The notes beneath the pieces were generated by a model. That model made no database searches and had not been told where the DNA came from. It saw only the letters and a list, made by a program, of their open reading frames with translations. Shown one piece after another: positions 38,901 through 47,247 of a stretch of DNA of 64,000 nucleotides. The stretch covers positions 30,938-94,937 of the forward strand of contig CAZMTK010000008.1 of the NCBI GenBank assembly GCA_964569245.1. Direction: 5' to 3'. This DNA is from an uncultured bacterium (GTDB lineage: Bacteria; Fermentibacterota; Fermentibacteria; Fermentibacterales; Fermentibacteraceae). Both the position numbers and the translations under genes were made by a program. Within the stretch, counting starts at the first letter, position 1. Every line of letters starts with the position of its first letter.

Positions 38901-39130
38901 CTCTCGATGATCCGGGACAGGGCACCCATCAGTCCCGTGGTCAGCCTGTGGAGGGTCTCGTGGTCGAGGTTCTCGGACAGGGTGGTGAAGCCTTCGATGT
39001 CGAGGAACAGGATGGCTACGTCCCTGCGCTCGCCCGGACTCAGCCTGTCGGCCCTGCAGGTCGCCGCCGGGGCGCTTTCCGCAAGCTTCAGCAGGTCCTT
39101 CTCGAGAAGATCGGCGAGGCTGGAGTGCAA
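35939..39130 (-). CDS. Multidomain signalling protein: class III adenylate/guanylate cyclase + AAA/STAND (NB-ARC-like) NTPase + extensive TPR array
   Basis: CHD cyclase motifs (ILFLDIEGFT...GDRVMALFG...GVNVASRLE), Walker A GVAGIGKS, then more than 10 TPR units. No C-terminal LuxR HTH seen. Confidence 0.8.
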   Translation of the reverse strand: MHSSLADLLEKDLLKLAESAPAATCRADRLSPGERRDVAILFLDIEGFTTLSENLDHETLHRLTTGLMGALSRIIESLGGYIDKFEGDRVMALFGAREATEDDCTRAVTCGLRMLQLVRDLGPVLEQSGLSLGARVGLSYGSVTVAPDAAGHLTATGDEVNVASRLEGMADTNSLFASGRVHDMCSDTFEWTDLGNLQIRGRSKTVRTWRADGFGGRMLERWERASALKPVPLVGRDAELGALEACWEEQGSRPGIGVRGAPRHVVAVVQGVAGIGKSRLIHEFLDSRGGGTILMAARTASFDQPPWWLWTVLLRNLAGGGRPSLEDLCRAVDSLALSGGSAGEPLSGSMRELEALLVPGAPGRPEEETAESWSSGMQVAIRNLVRTLASTGRRPVLLLEDMQWVDSASMEALDFVLCNTESPIPLLVLVSQRSDTEECSFRPSPMSSGYISLHTVHLHPLDDDSARLMMRSKLGYPPLEAVPGDIEDRILQRCEGNPYYIEETLSELVGRGALVPDGERFAPGPAMQGDCIPSSIAGIVRSRIDRLPSDIRRALQIASVLGEEFDEEVFSALCEQEGIEPSRALDVLASLRFIGPCGGGESRTRVFSSPLAREITYEQILHHNRTVMHRRAAKAAEALSVQGSAGLAGVVAWHWWRGGEPESAVRKGTEAAASLAGNFQLDAAEAWVSRLTEWLGDVGEGPVRDELQLRVLMVRIEILESRPQPGLETLCREALSLAGSLGLTLEEADARRSLGTALVNLGRPEEGRPLLEESLSFYEASGNFERSVSARFVLADVLRTQGRLDEALSIIGVGLSRARSRGAEKQVALTLVSMGGILICMGRMDEALAAFMEALGIERRRGQPRVLSIVLANLGVLHGMREEIGEALACFEEAMRIHAELGVRRGEGIALNNMGNCYVALDRIDEARACFEKALLIHRETGNVKGQAVALVNLGNLADESGDFDIAVSRYQEALKMQEKAGNEPAAVNARCLMARVWAKQGRVEDARRVYEESVRAVESMGLGRNLASPVSELRKHLLGLGIADEALAVPGNWREASGQRAR

Positions 39131-39203
39131 TGAATCTCCTCCGAAAGGGTTCTACGGCGTTCCGGGGTAAGATAAGCGCCGTTCGGGCGCGGGGGAACGA
39201 CTC

Positions 39204-39863
39204 TCAGTTCCCGGTCGGAGCTCTCCTGTGCCTCGTCCTGCGTTCGAGCTCGGCGGCTACGTCGTAGGTGGACAGGCGCCTCATGGCCAGCAGGACGATA
39301 AGGTGGAACAGCAGGTCGGCGGATTCCTCGATCACCCTCGCATCGCCCTCGCATGCCGCAGCCAGGATCACCTCGCAAGCCTCCTCGGCTATCTTTCGGA
39401 GCACGGCCTTCTCGCCGCCCCGGGCCAGCTTCGCGGTGTAGGATCCCTCGCAAGGCTGTTCCAGCCTTGATGACACGACCTGGAAGACCTCTCCCACTAC
39501 GGTCCCGAACCGCGCGCGGCTCTCCCCGGAAAGTCCGGGGCCATCAAGCGACGCGAAGAAGCAGCTCCTCTCGCCAGTGTGGCATGCCGGCCCCTCCGGA
39601 GTCACCTGGAGGAGCACCGCGTCAACATCGCAATCCATGTTTACTCTGTTGACGAGCATCCGGTTGCCGCTTGTCTCGCCCTTGCGCCACAGCCTTCCTC
39701 GGCTGCGGCTCCAGAAGTGTGCCAGACCTGTCTCCAGCGTCAGTTCCAGTGCCTCCCGGTTCTGCCAGGCCAGCATCAGCACCTCGCCGCTGGACGCATC
39801 CTGAACCACGGCGGGGATCAGTCCGTCGGAGCCCCAGGCGATCCTGTCATTCCGCGCGTCCAA
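39204..39863 (-). CDS. hisIE: Bifunctional phosphoribosyl-AMP cyclohydrolase / phosphoribosyl-ATP pyrophosphatase
   Basis: HisI block GLIPAVVQD...WQNREAL...HFWSRSR...GETSG...DCDxDAVLLQV...CHTGxRSCFF, then a HisE MazG-like C-terminus. I propose a TTG start at 39863 behind AGGAG, which avoids a ~120-nt overlap with hisF. Confidence 0.8.
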   Translation of the reverse strand: MDARNDRIAWGSDGLIPAVVQDASSGEVLMLAWQNREALELTLETGLAHFWSRSRGRLWRKGETSGNRMLVNRVNMDCDVDAVLLQVTPEGPACHTGERSCFFASLDGPGLSGESRARFGTVVGEVFQVVSSRLEQPCEGSYTAKLARGGEKAVLRKIAEEACEVILAAACEGDARVIEESADLLFHLIVLLAMRRLSTYDVAAELERRTRHRRAPTGN

Positions 39864-40632
39864 GCCGAGCTCCTTCCGGGAGTCTGACGGGGACCCCCTG
39901 TCCTGCGAGCCACGCCTTGAGATCCGGGATGGACAGCTCCCTCGTGTGGAGGATGCCCGCCGCAAGCGCCGCAGATGCCCCGCCCTCGACGAATGCCCGG
40001 AAGAAGTGCTCCATCCTGCCGGCTCCGCCGGAGGCGATCACGGGCACTCCTGCGGCGCCCGTCACCCGGCCGAGGAGCTCGATGTCGTATCCCTCCCTGG
40101 TTCCGTCCCTGTCTATGCTCGTAAGAAGCACCTCGCCCGCACCGAGGGACACGGCCTCCTCCACCCACGAGACGGGATCCAGGCCGGTGGGAGTCCGGCC
40201 TCCGTCGATGAAGACCTCGTGTCCGCCTCGCGCCGAGGAGACGTCGACAGCCAGCACGACGCACTGGCTGCCGAAGACGCCTGCAGCCCTGCGAATCATC
40301 TCAGGGTTCCTCACCGCGGCGCTGTTGATGCAAACCTTGTCGGCTCCTGCATTCAGCAGCGAACGGAAGTCGTCGAGGGTGGCCACCCCTCCCCCGGCGC
40401 ACAGCGGCAGGGAGACCGAGGCTGCCACCCTCTCCACGACCTGCGTCATGGTCCTCCTGCCCTCCACGGTGGCTGTGATGTCGAGAACGCATATCTCGTC
40501 GGCGCCATCCCGGTCGTAGAAGGAGGCATGTGCAGCCGGGTCGCCCCTGTCGGAAAGCGCCGCGAATCTCACACCCTTCACCACGCACCCCCTATCTACG
40601 TCCAGGCAGGGAATGATCCTCCTCCTCAGCAT
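39847..40632 (-). CDS. hisF: Imidazole glycerol phosphate synthase cyclase subunit
   Basis: Start [13 protein letters not shown], typical of HisF; (beta/alpha)8 phosphate-binding motifs (GADK, SGGAG). Confidence 0.9.
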   Translation of the reverse strand: MLRRRIIPCLDVDRGCVVKGVRFAALSDRGDPAAHASFYDRDGADEICVLDITATVEGRRTMTQVVERVAASVSLPLCAGGGVATLDDFRSLLNAGADKVCINSAAVRNPEMIRRAAGVFGSQCVVLAVDVSSARGGHEVFIDGGRTPTGLDPVSWVEEAVSLGAGEVLLTSIDRDGTREGYDIELLGRVTGAAGVPVIASGGAGRMEHFFRAFVEGGASAALAAGILHTRELSIPDLKAWLAGQGVPVRLPEGARLGRAE

Positions 40633-41362
40633 CAGGTCGAACACCTCCCCCGGCTTCCGCCAGTGCCTCGGCAAGCTGCAGGGCACCCTCATAGAGAGCC
40701 TTTCCGGCGACTACGCCGGCGATTCTCCCCGTGCGCGCAAGGGCTGCTATGTCCCCGGCGGAGGAGACGCCTCCGGAGGCGATCACCTCGAGCCCGGTGC
40801 TCTCTGCCAGGAGAACCGCGGCTTGCACGGACGGCCCGCACATGCGCCCGTCCCTCTCCGCATCCGTGTACAGGACATGGCGCACTCCGCCTTCGGCGAG
40901 TCTCCCGCCCAGGGAGAGGGGAGTCTCCGCGGTCATCACGCGCCAACCCGAGACCGCGACCATGCCCCGCCTGCTGTCCAGGGCGACTGCCACCCTGTCT
41001 CTGCCCAGTTCGCACGCGAGAGAGGCCGCCATGTCGGGATCGGCGACCGCCGCGGTCCCGATTACCACTCTGGATGCGCCGGCGGCCAGCGCAATCAGCG
41101 CATCGCTCTTCGAGCGGATGCCTCCCCCGTACTGCACCCTGATCCCGGTGGAGGCGACGTCCCGGATGAGGTCCAGGGGCACCCCCGATCTCCCGAAGGC
41201 TGCGTCGAGCGACACGAGGTGAACCCAGGCGGCGCCCTGGCGCTTCCATTCTTCTGCAGCTCCCACGGGGTCTGCCGGATAGACGATCGCCCCCGCCGGA
41301 TCTCCTCCTGCAAGCCTCACCAGCCTTCCGTCGAGTACGTCGATCGCAGGATACACCGTCAT
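40592..41362 (-). CDS. hisA: 1-(5-phosphoribosyl)-5-[(5-phosphoribosylamino)methylideneamino]imidazole-4-carboxamide isomerase
   Basis: Start MTVYPAIDVLDGRLVRL (4-nt overlap with the hisH stop); HisA motifs throughout. Confidence 0.9.
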   Translation of the reverse strand: MTVYPAIDVLDGRLVRLAGGDPAGAIVYPADPVGAAEEWKRQGAAWVHLVSLDAAFGRSGVPLDLIRDVASTGIRVQYGGGIRSKSDALIALAAGASRVVIGTAAVADPDMAASLACELGRDRVAVALDSRRGMVAVSGWRVMTAETPLSLGGRLAEGGVRHVLYTDAERDGRMCGPSVQAAVLLAESTGLEVIASGGVSSAGDIAALARTGRIAGVVAGKALYEGALQLAEALAEAGGGVRPDAEEEDHSLPGRR

Positions 41363-41982
41363 ATGGCCAGCCCCGACGCCAGGAAGCCCCGCAGCAGCAC
41401 GGCGCCTTCGTACTGGCTCTTCTCCGGGTGGAACTGCACGCCCCAGACGGCCCCCGATGAGACGACGGCTGGGAAGGGCCGGCCGTGCTCGGCAACGGCG
41501 CAGACGACGCCCGGGTCTGACGGTTCCACGACGAAGGAGTGGCAGAAGTAGAAGCATGCTCCGTCACTGATCCCGTCCAGCATGCCGAAGCGTCGCAGGA
41601 CCCTCACGCTGTTCCATCCGGTGTGCGGAAGAACCAGGCCGCCGCCCGGGAGCAATGGAGCGACTCTGCCTCGAAGTAGCCCGAGACCCCTGCATCCACC
41701 GCCCTCCGAGCCTTGCTCCATGAGCATCTGCATGCCGAGGCAGATCCCGAGGATGGGCACTCCGAGCTCCGCAGCCTCGCGGAGCGCGTCATCCATGCCG
41801 GAATCCGACAGAGAAGCCATTCCCGCCGAGAGCGATCCCACTCCGGGCAGGACGATCCCGCTCGCCTTCCGGAGCTCGCTGGGCGCCGCAGCGCGAATCA
41901 CCCGGCAGCCCAGCCTTTCGAGGGCGGCGGAGATGCTCCCCAGGTTGCCGGCTCCATAGTCAACTACCGCCACCCTGTTCAC
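41359..41982 (-). CDS. hisH: Imidazole glycerol phosphate synthase glutamine amidotransferase subunit
   Basis: Class-I GATase triad context (GICLGMQ ... FHPE); start MNRVAVVDYGAGNL. Confidence 0.9.
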   Translation of the reverse strand: MNRVAVVDYGAGNLGSISAALERLGCRVIRAAAPSELRKASGIVLPGVGSLSAGMASLSDSGMDDALREAAELGVPILGICLGMQMLMEQGSEGGGCRGLGLLRGRVAPLLPGGGLVLPHTGWNSVRVLRRFGMLDGISDGACFYFCHSFVVEPSDPGVVCAVAEHGRPFPAVVSSGAVWGVQFHPEKSQYEGAVLLRGFLASGLAI

Positions 41983-42569
41983 GGGGCGCCCTTCGTCGTC
42001 GGCAGGCCCGGGCGGCGGAGATCGGCTTCGAGCGCCGACCTCAGCGCCAGACCCAGCGCCTTGAAGAGGGCTTCAGCTGCATGGTGGGCGTCGGTTCCGG
42101 CCTTCAGCTCCGCATGCACGGCGATCGATGCGGAGAAGGCGAGAGATCTGAGGAAGTGCTCGACATGCTCGGACCCGATGCCGCAGGGCAGGCGCCCGGG
42201 CAGCATGCCGACAAGGCGCGCCCAGGGCCTCCCTCCCGCATCCACGCTCACCGAGACAAGCGCGTCGTCCATCGGGAGGCAGGCCCAGCCGAACCGCCTG
42301 ATGCCCCTCCTCTCGCCCAGGGCCGACGCCATCGCGAGGCCTAGACACAGCGCCGTGTCCTCCAGAGTGTGATGGACGTCCACCTCCAGATCTCCGCGCG
42401 CCGAGCCCGAGAGGTCGAAAAGCGCGAAGAAGACCATCTGGGCGAGCAGGTGGTCCATGAAGGGCACTCCAGTCCGGAAGCGCGAGGAACCCGAGCCGTC
42501 CAGCGAAAGAGCCAGCTCGACCTCCGTCTCCGCGGTCCTCCTACGGATCTCGGCGGTTCTCTCCGGCAT
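41979..42569 (-). CDS. hisB: Imidazoleglycerol-phosphate dehydratase
   Basis: IGPD signature blocks (RxTxETxIxLxLDGxG...HHxxEAxFKAxGxAL); 196 aa. Confidence 0.9.
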   Translation of the reverse strand: MPERTAEIRRRTAETEVELALSLDGSGSSRFRTGVPFMDHLLAQMVFFALFDLSGSARGDLEVDVHHTLEDTALCLGLAMASALGERRGIRRFGWACLPMDDALVSVSVDAGGRPWARLVGMLPGRLPCGIGSEHVEHFLRSLAFSASIAVHAELKAGTDAHHAAEALFKALGLALRSALEADLRRPGLPTTKGAP

Positions 42570-43641
42570 ATCCTGCCTCCAGTTCTCGGAGGGCGCGGAC
42601 CAGGAGTCCGCGCTCCCTCCTCGTTCCGACCGTGACTCTCATGAAGTTCCTCAGGCGCCCGCCATCGAATCCGCGCACGGCGATCCCCCTCCTGCGGAGG
42701 TGTTCGACGACATGGCTTGCTGGAAGACCGGAGGTCTCGCAGAGAAGGAAGTTGCCCTCTCCTGGAAGGACTCTCAGGAAGGAGACTCTCCCCAGCTCGG
42801 TCCGCAGCCTTTCTCTCGCCGCTGCAGTCCTCGCGGCCAGCCTGTCGAGAAGCGCCGCCTGCCCGATCGCGGCGACGGCGGCAGCCTCCGAGACCGACGA
42901 GACGGGATAGGGCGGACGCACCCTCAGCAGCGCTTCGCATACGGCCTTCGGAGCGACCGCGTAGCCGATCCTGAGGCCGGCGAGGCCGGCCCATTTGCTG
43001 AATGTGCGGAGCACCACCAGGTTCTCGCAGGAGGCGGCCTCGCAGACCATGCTGCGAGCGGCGCTGAACTCGATGTACGCCTCGTCCAGGACGATGAGCG
43101 AGGGCAGGCGGAGGAGCCTCTTGACTGCATCCCGCCCGACCACGCCCCCGTCAGGATTGTTCGGAGAGCATACGAACACCATGACCGCGCCTCCGCTCGA
43201 GGCTGTCGAGAATACCGCTCCTGCGTCCACGGAGAAGTCGTCACTGCGAGGTGCGTCCAGAACGGGCGATCCTGCCAGCGAAGCGTAGAACCTGTACATC
43301 TCGAACGTCGGCGGGCAGTCCACGACGGGCCTCCCGGGGCCTCCGAACGCCCTGGTCAGCATGTCCACCAGCGAGTCGGCGCCCGGCCCGGTGACGATGC
43401 GGTCGGCTGGCACGCCGAGCCTCTCGGAAACGACCTTCCTGAGAGCGGCGGATGAGGAATCGGGATATGGCGCTGCTCGTCGGGCGGCTCTCTCGATCGC
43501 CTTCCTGACCGCCTTCGGAACGGCCCATGCGCTCTCGTTGGCGTGGAGCCTCGCGCAGACTCCCTCGACGTCGGGAGTGCGATACGGTTCCAGCCCGGCC
43601 AGCTCCGGCCGAGGAGCAGGAACCCGGTCCGAGGCGCTCAT
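42541..43641 (-). CDS. hisC: Histidinol-phosphate aminotransferase
   Basis: Class-II aminotransferase; start LEPYRTP context, NPNNPDG-like block, and PLP lysine in TFSKWAGLAGLRIGY. Confidence 0.9.
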   Translation of the reverse strand: MSASDRVPAPRPELAGLEPYRTPDVEGVCARLHANESAWAVPKAVRKAIERAARRAAPYPDSSSAALRKVVSERLGVPADRIVTGPGADSLVDMLTRAFGGPGRPVVDCPPTFEMYRFYASLAGSPVLDAPRSDDFSVDAGAVFSTASSGGAVMVFVCSPNNPDGGVVGRDAVKRLLRLPSLIVLDEAYIEFSAARSMVCEAASCENLVVLRTFSKWAGLAGLRIGYAVAPKAVCEALLRVRPPYPVSSVSEAAAVAAIGQAALLDRLAARTAAARERLRTELGRVSFLRVLPGEGNFLLCETSGLPASHVVEHLRRRGIAVRGFDGGRLRNFMRVTVGTRRERGLLVRALRELEAGYAGENRRDP

Positions 43642-44969
43642 CGCCGCCGCCTTCTGGCATCGGCAGAGATGGCGTGAGCCTCGAGACCCTCGGCGCGGGC
43701 CATGACGGAGGCCGCCTCGGCGGGTCTGCTGCAGGACGAGAGGGCGACTATGCTGGTCGAGCGGACGAAGTCCCCGACCCAGAGCCCTGACGAGAACCTC
43801 GCGGTGCCGCCGGTGGGCAGGCTGTGGCTTGGCCCGGCTGCGTAGTCTCCGAGCGCCTCGCAGGACCGGGCGCCGACGAACACGGCGCCTGCCGGGCCCA
43901 TCCTCCCGATGAGGGGCCAGGGATCGGAAACCGAGAGCTGAAGATGCTCCGGAGCGAAGGCCGCAGCCACCGCCATTGCCTCGTCCAGATCGCCCACGAG
44001 AACCGCGCCGCCCCTCTTCTTCAGGGACATCTCCGCGGTCCTGCGCCTGGGGAGCAGCGGCAGGAGCGCATCGACCGCGCGCGCAGCCCCCGCCGCCACC
44101 CCCCGGTCGGGCGTCAGGAGAACTGCGGCAGCCATCTCGTCGTGCTCCGCCTGGGCCAGCAGGTCCGCAGCCAGATCCTCCGCTTCCGCTGAGCAGTCAG
44201 CGATCACGAGGAGCTCGCTGGGGCCTTGCAGAGCGTCTATTCCCACGGCGCCGAAGACCTCCCTCTTGGCAAGGGTGACGAAGACGTTCCCGGGACCGAC
44301 GATCTTGTCCACCCGGGGCACGGTCATGGTTCCGTAAGCCATGGCGGCGATGGCCTGGGCGCCTCCGCAGGAGAAGAGCCGGGACACGCCGGACAGCGCT
44401 GCGGCGGCCAGTACGGGATCCGGCACCGAGCCGTCGCGAGAGGGAGGAGTGCAGGCTATCACCTCGCCCACCCCCGCGCAGGCGGCAGGTATCGCCGACA
44501 TGAGAAGAGTCGAGAACAGAGGAGCGGCGCCGCCGGGCACATAGACTCCGACCCTCGACAGCGGGCTCTCTATCCTGCCCACGATTCCCGAGAGATCGCT
44601 CGACAGCAGCCCGCCCCCTGACCTTGCGCCATGGAACGCCCTTATCCTTCCCGCCGCGTACTCCATCGCATCTCTCAGGGTCGGCGGCACTCTGAGAAGC
44701 GCGGCGTCGAACTCCCGCCGCCCGTGTCCGACGGGTGCTGCATGGGGGCCGTCGAGAGCAAGGCACCAGTGCAGCAGTGCTTCATCGCCCCTTCTTCGAA
44801 CGTCCCCGACGATGCGCCTTACGGCGCCTGCGGCGTCGATGCCCGGACCGAAGAGCGACCTCAGCCTCGCGCTGGTCTCATCGGGAAGATCCACCTCGTC
44901 GGGAGGCCGCCTCTCCAGGATGACCCGGGCCTCGGCAGGGCTTTCGAAGATTCTCAGAGTCCCTCCCAT
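43638..44969 (-). CDS. hisD: Histidinol dehydrogenase
   Basis: Internal start MGGTLRIF at 44969 sharing one nt with the hisG stop (verified CATCA context). HisD motifs (GPGNxFV, QAEHD). The 5' extension of the 641-aa track ORF is unsupported. Confidence 0.9.
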   Translation of the reverse strand: MGGTLRIFESPAEARVILERRPPDEVDLPDETSARLRSLFGPGIDAAGAVRRIVGDVRRRGDEALLHWCLALDGPHAAPVGHGRREFDAALLRVPPTLRDAMEYAAGRIRAFHGARSGGGLLSSDLSGIVGRIESPLSRVGVYVPGGAAPLFSTLLMSAIPAACAGVGEVIACTPPSRDGSVPDPVLAAAALSGVSRLFSCGGAQAIAAMAYGTMTVPRVDKIVGPGNVFVTLAKREVFGAVGIDALQGPSELLVIADCSAEAEDLAADLLAQAEHDEMAAAVLLTPDRGVAAGAARAVDALLPLLPRRRTAEMSLKKRGGAVLVGDLDEAMAVAAAFAPEHLQLSVSDPWPLIGRMGPAGAVFVGARSCEALGDYAAGPSHSLPTGGTARFSSGLWVGDFVRSTSIVALSSCSRPAEAASVMARAEGLEAHAISADARRRRR

Positions 44970-45970
44970 CAGAGCCCCATCCCGCGTCTCCCGAGGAGTC
45001 TGGCGCACCTCTCCGGAAGCTCCTCGAAGACGTATTTCAGGGGGGTGACCACGACGCCGCTTCCGCCGGAAGCCCTCAACTCCTCTATCGCCCGGAAGAG
45101 CCTGGATTCCTCCACAACCATGTTCACGGCCCACCACCCCCCGTCCGGCGGACCCAGGACCTGCGACACGGTCGGCCCCTGCAGACCTCCCAGGAAGGCC
45201 CTGCCCGACAGTCTGGCGCCTATCTCCCTGATCGAGCCGCCACGCATGTTGGCGAAGACCAGATACTTGTCGCGTCCCCTGAGCCGTGCCTCGACGAACT
45301 CGAGCATCGTGCACGCCGCCGAGAGGACCGCGGGCTTCGTCTCCAGGCTGGCCGAGCACCCTGCCAGCACTGCCTCGCTCTCCATTATCACGCCGTCTTC
45401 CAGCAGCTTCAGACGGTTCTCGCGGATCGTGTCTCCGGAGGAGACCAGGTCTGCTATCAGATCGGCATATCCCACGGAGGGCGCGGACTCCAGTGCTCCG
45501 TCGGCACCCACTATCTCGAAGCCCTCGAGTCCGGTCCGTTCGAGGAACCTGCCGGCGAGGCATGGGTGCTTCGTGGCTATCCTCCTGCCGCCCGGCGCTC
45601 CGGGAAGGTCGGCTGTGCGTCTAACTCCTTCCCACTCCTCCGGTACGGCCAGCGCCAGTCTGCAGACGCCGAAGCCCAGTGATTCGTGCAGCAGGGTCAG
45701 TCCATCCATTCCGCCGGCTCTCGCCTCCTCGATCGAGTCGAGTCCGGTGATTCCCAGGTCAACGTCTCCGGAGGAGAGGCTCCTCGGAATGTCCCTGGCT
45801 CTCTGGAAGACAACGCTGACGAAGGGCATGCCGGGCATGCTCGCGCTGTATCTCCTCGGGTCCGGCTTCTTCACTTCGAGACCGCACTCCCGGAGGAACT
45901 CCAGCGTCTCCTCCTCCATGCGGCCCTTGCTGGGAAGGGCCAGCCTCGCTTCGCACCTGCAAGAGCTCAT
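44969..45970 (-). CDS. hisG: ATP phosphoribosyltransferase (long form with C-terminal regulatory domain)
   Basis: Start MSSC at 45970 with GGAGG RBS 6 nt upstream. HisG catalytic blocks plus ~90-aa C-terminal regulatory region. Confidence 0.9.
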   Translation of the reverse strand: MSSCRCEARLALPSKGRMEEETLEFLRECGLEVKKPDPRRYSASMPGMPFVSVVFQRARDIPRSLSSGDVDLGITGLDSIEEARAGGMDGLTLLHESLGFGVCRLALAVPEEWEGVRRTADLPGAPGGRRIATKHPCLAGRFLERTGLEGFEIVGADGALESAPSVGYADLIADLVSSGDTIRENRLKLLEDGVIMESEAVLAGCSASLETKPAVLSAACTMLEFVEARLRGRDKYLVFANMRGGSIREIGARLSGRAFLGGLQGPTVSQVLGPPDGGWWAVNMVVEESRLFRAIEELRASGGSGVVVTPLKYVFEELPERCARLLGRRGMGL

Positions 45971-45982
45971 TCGAATCCTCCG

Positions 45983-46019
45983 AAGGGTGAAAAGAAAGGC
46001 CCCCCGTGTCGGGGGGCCT
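45983..46019 (-). terminator. Intrinsic terminator hairpin immediately upstream of the hisG RBS (candidate his attenuator terminator)
   Basis: On the minus strand: 10-bp perfect GC stem (plus-strand 45997-46006 / 46010-46019) with 3-nt loop, followed by UUCUUUUC. It ends 12 nt before the hisG ATG and overlaps the RBS region. Confidence 0.45.
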
Positions 46020-46049
46020 CTGAGAACCTCGGTGTGTCGTATCAGGGCA

Positions 46050-46127
46050 TCAGCCCGGGACGCACCACCCCCCCTGCCGGTGGCCGGCATGATGGCGATG
46101 GTGGCTGAACGTTATGCCCTTTCTCAT
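46050..46127 (-). CDS. hisL: Candidate his-operon leader peptide MRKGITFSHHRHHAGHRQGGWCVPG (5 His in 8 residues)
   Basis: 25-codon minus-strand ORF (ATG at 46125-46127, TGA at 46050-46052, both verified in the text). It carries the codon run CAC CAT CGC CAT CAT ... CAC and ends ~30 nt upstream of the terminator hairpin. The RBS is weak, so this is a hypothesis. Confidence 0.35.
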   Translation of the reverse strand: MRKGITFSHHRHHAGHRQGGWCVPG

Positions 46128-46248
46128 TTGGCGGCGAGCATAGGTCCGGCACGGCCGCCCTGTCAAGTGCCGGGCTGGCGGGAAGGTCCGATCGTGTCCC
46201 GGCAGGCCCGTGTTCTGTTAGTTTCGGGGGGCGGGGAAGGAGGATTTC

Positions 46249-47154
46249 ATGGCAGCTCCTGCGGGAGGCATATCGGGATTCACTTTCGCCAGAGACGCGT
46301 CCAGGCTCGACTATCCCCTCAGGGAGTCCATCCTGTCGGCTCTCCCGATAGTTGACGAGTTCGTGGTCAATCTGGGCGACAGCAGCGACGACACGGAGGC
46401 GATTGTCGAGTCCGTGGCCAGCCCCAAGATCAGGATCATTCACACGAAGTGGGATCCCTCGAGGTTCGTTCACGGCGCCACCAACGCAGATCAGACGAAC
46501 ATCGCACTCGAAGCGTGCACTCGCGCCTGGTGCCTTTACCTGCAGGCTGACGAGGTGATCTCCGAGAAGGACTACGACCTCATCGTCTCCTCCATGGAGA
46601 AGGCCTCTTCCATCGAGGAGGCTGACGGCCTGCTGTTCCGGTATCACCACTTCTGGGGCGACTACAGCCGCGTTCAGTCAGCTCATAACTGGTATGACAG
46701 GGAGATAAGGGCGTTCAAGAACGGCCGCGGCATCAGGAGCATCAAGAGCGCACAGAGTTTCAGGAAGAACGGAGTCAAGCTCCGCGTGATCGACTGCGGC
46801 GCCTGGATATACCACTACGGTTGGGTCAGGCATCCCGAGGTCATGAGGAGGAAGACGATCGCTCTGGACAGCCTGCACCATCCAAGGGAGTGGGTGGAGA
46901 GCCGTCATCCCGAGCCTTCGAAGCCATGGGACTACGGCCCGCTGGACAGGGTTCCGGCATTCGAGGGCGAGCATCCGGCTGTGATGGCCGAAAGGATAGC
47001 ATCGAAGAACTGGAGAGCGGAGGACTACTCCGATCCCGGGAACCCGCCCCGGCACAGGCACCTGAGACTCTCGATCCGCCTGCTGTCAGCCCTGGAGAGG
47101 CTCGCAGGCCGCAGGATCGGGGGGTACAGCAACTGGAGGATCCTCAGAGTCTGA
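46249..47154 (+). CDS. Putative GT-A fold glycosyltransferase (GT2-like)
   Basis: Strong RBS GGAAGGAGG; N-terminal GT-A style block (ISGFTFARDASRLDYPLRESILSALPIVDEFVVNLGDSSDDT) with a DSSDD acidic motif; 301 aa. Confidence 0.55.
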   Translation: MAAPAGGISGFTFARDASRLDYPLRESILSALPIVDEFVVNLGDSSDDTEAIVESVASPKIRIIHTKWDPSRFVHGATNADQTNIALEACTRAWCLYLQADEVISEKDYDLIVSSMEKASSIEEADGLLFRYHHFWGDYSRVQSAHNWYDREIRAFKNGRGIRSIKSAQSFRKNGVKLRVIDCGAWIYHYGWVRHPEVMRRKTIALDSLHHPREWVESRHPEPSKPWDYGPLDRVPAFEGEHPAVMAERIASKNWRAEDYSDPGNPPRHRHLRLSIRLLSALERLAGRRIGGYSNWRILRV

Positions 47155-47247
47155 ACCGGCATCCCGCAGGGGGTCAGAACGGCATCCGGGGCGGCCGCCC
47201 CGGGCTCTGCCTCCCTCGAGGTTCTCCTTCGACGCGAGCCTGCCCTG

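Noticed and set aside
45564-46090. Upstream in-frame extensions of hisD (to 45563) and hisG (to 46090) in the track
   Set aside because: The biologically sensible starts (MGGTLRIF; MSSC with GGAGG RBS) lie downstream. The extensions would overlap upstream genes or the attenuator.
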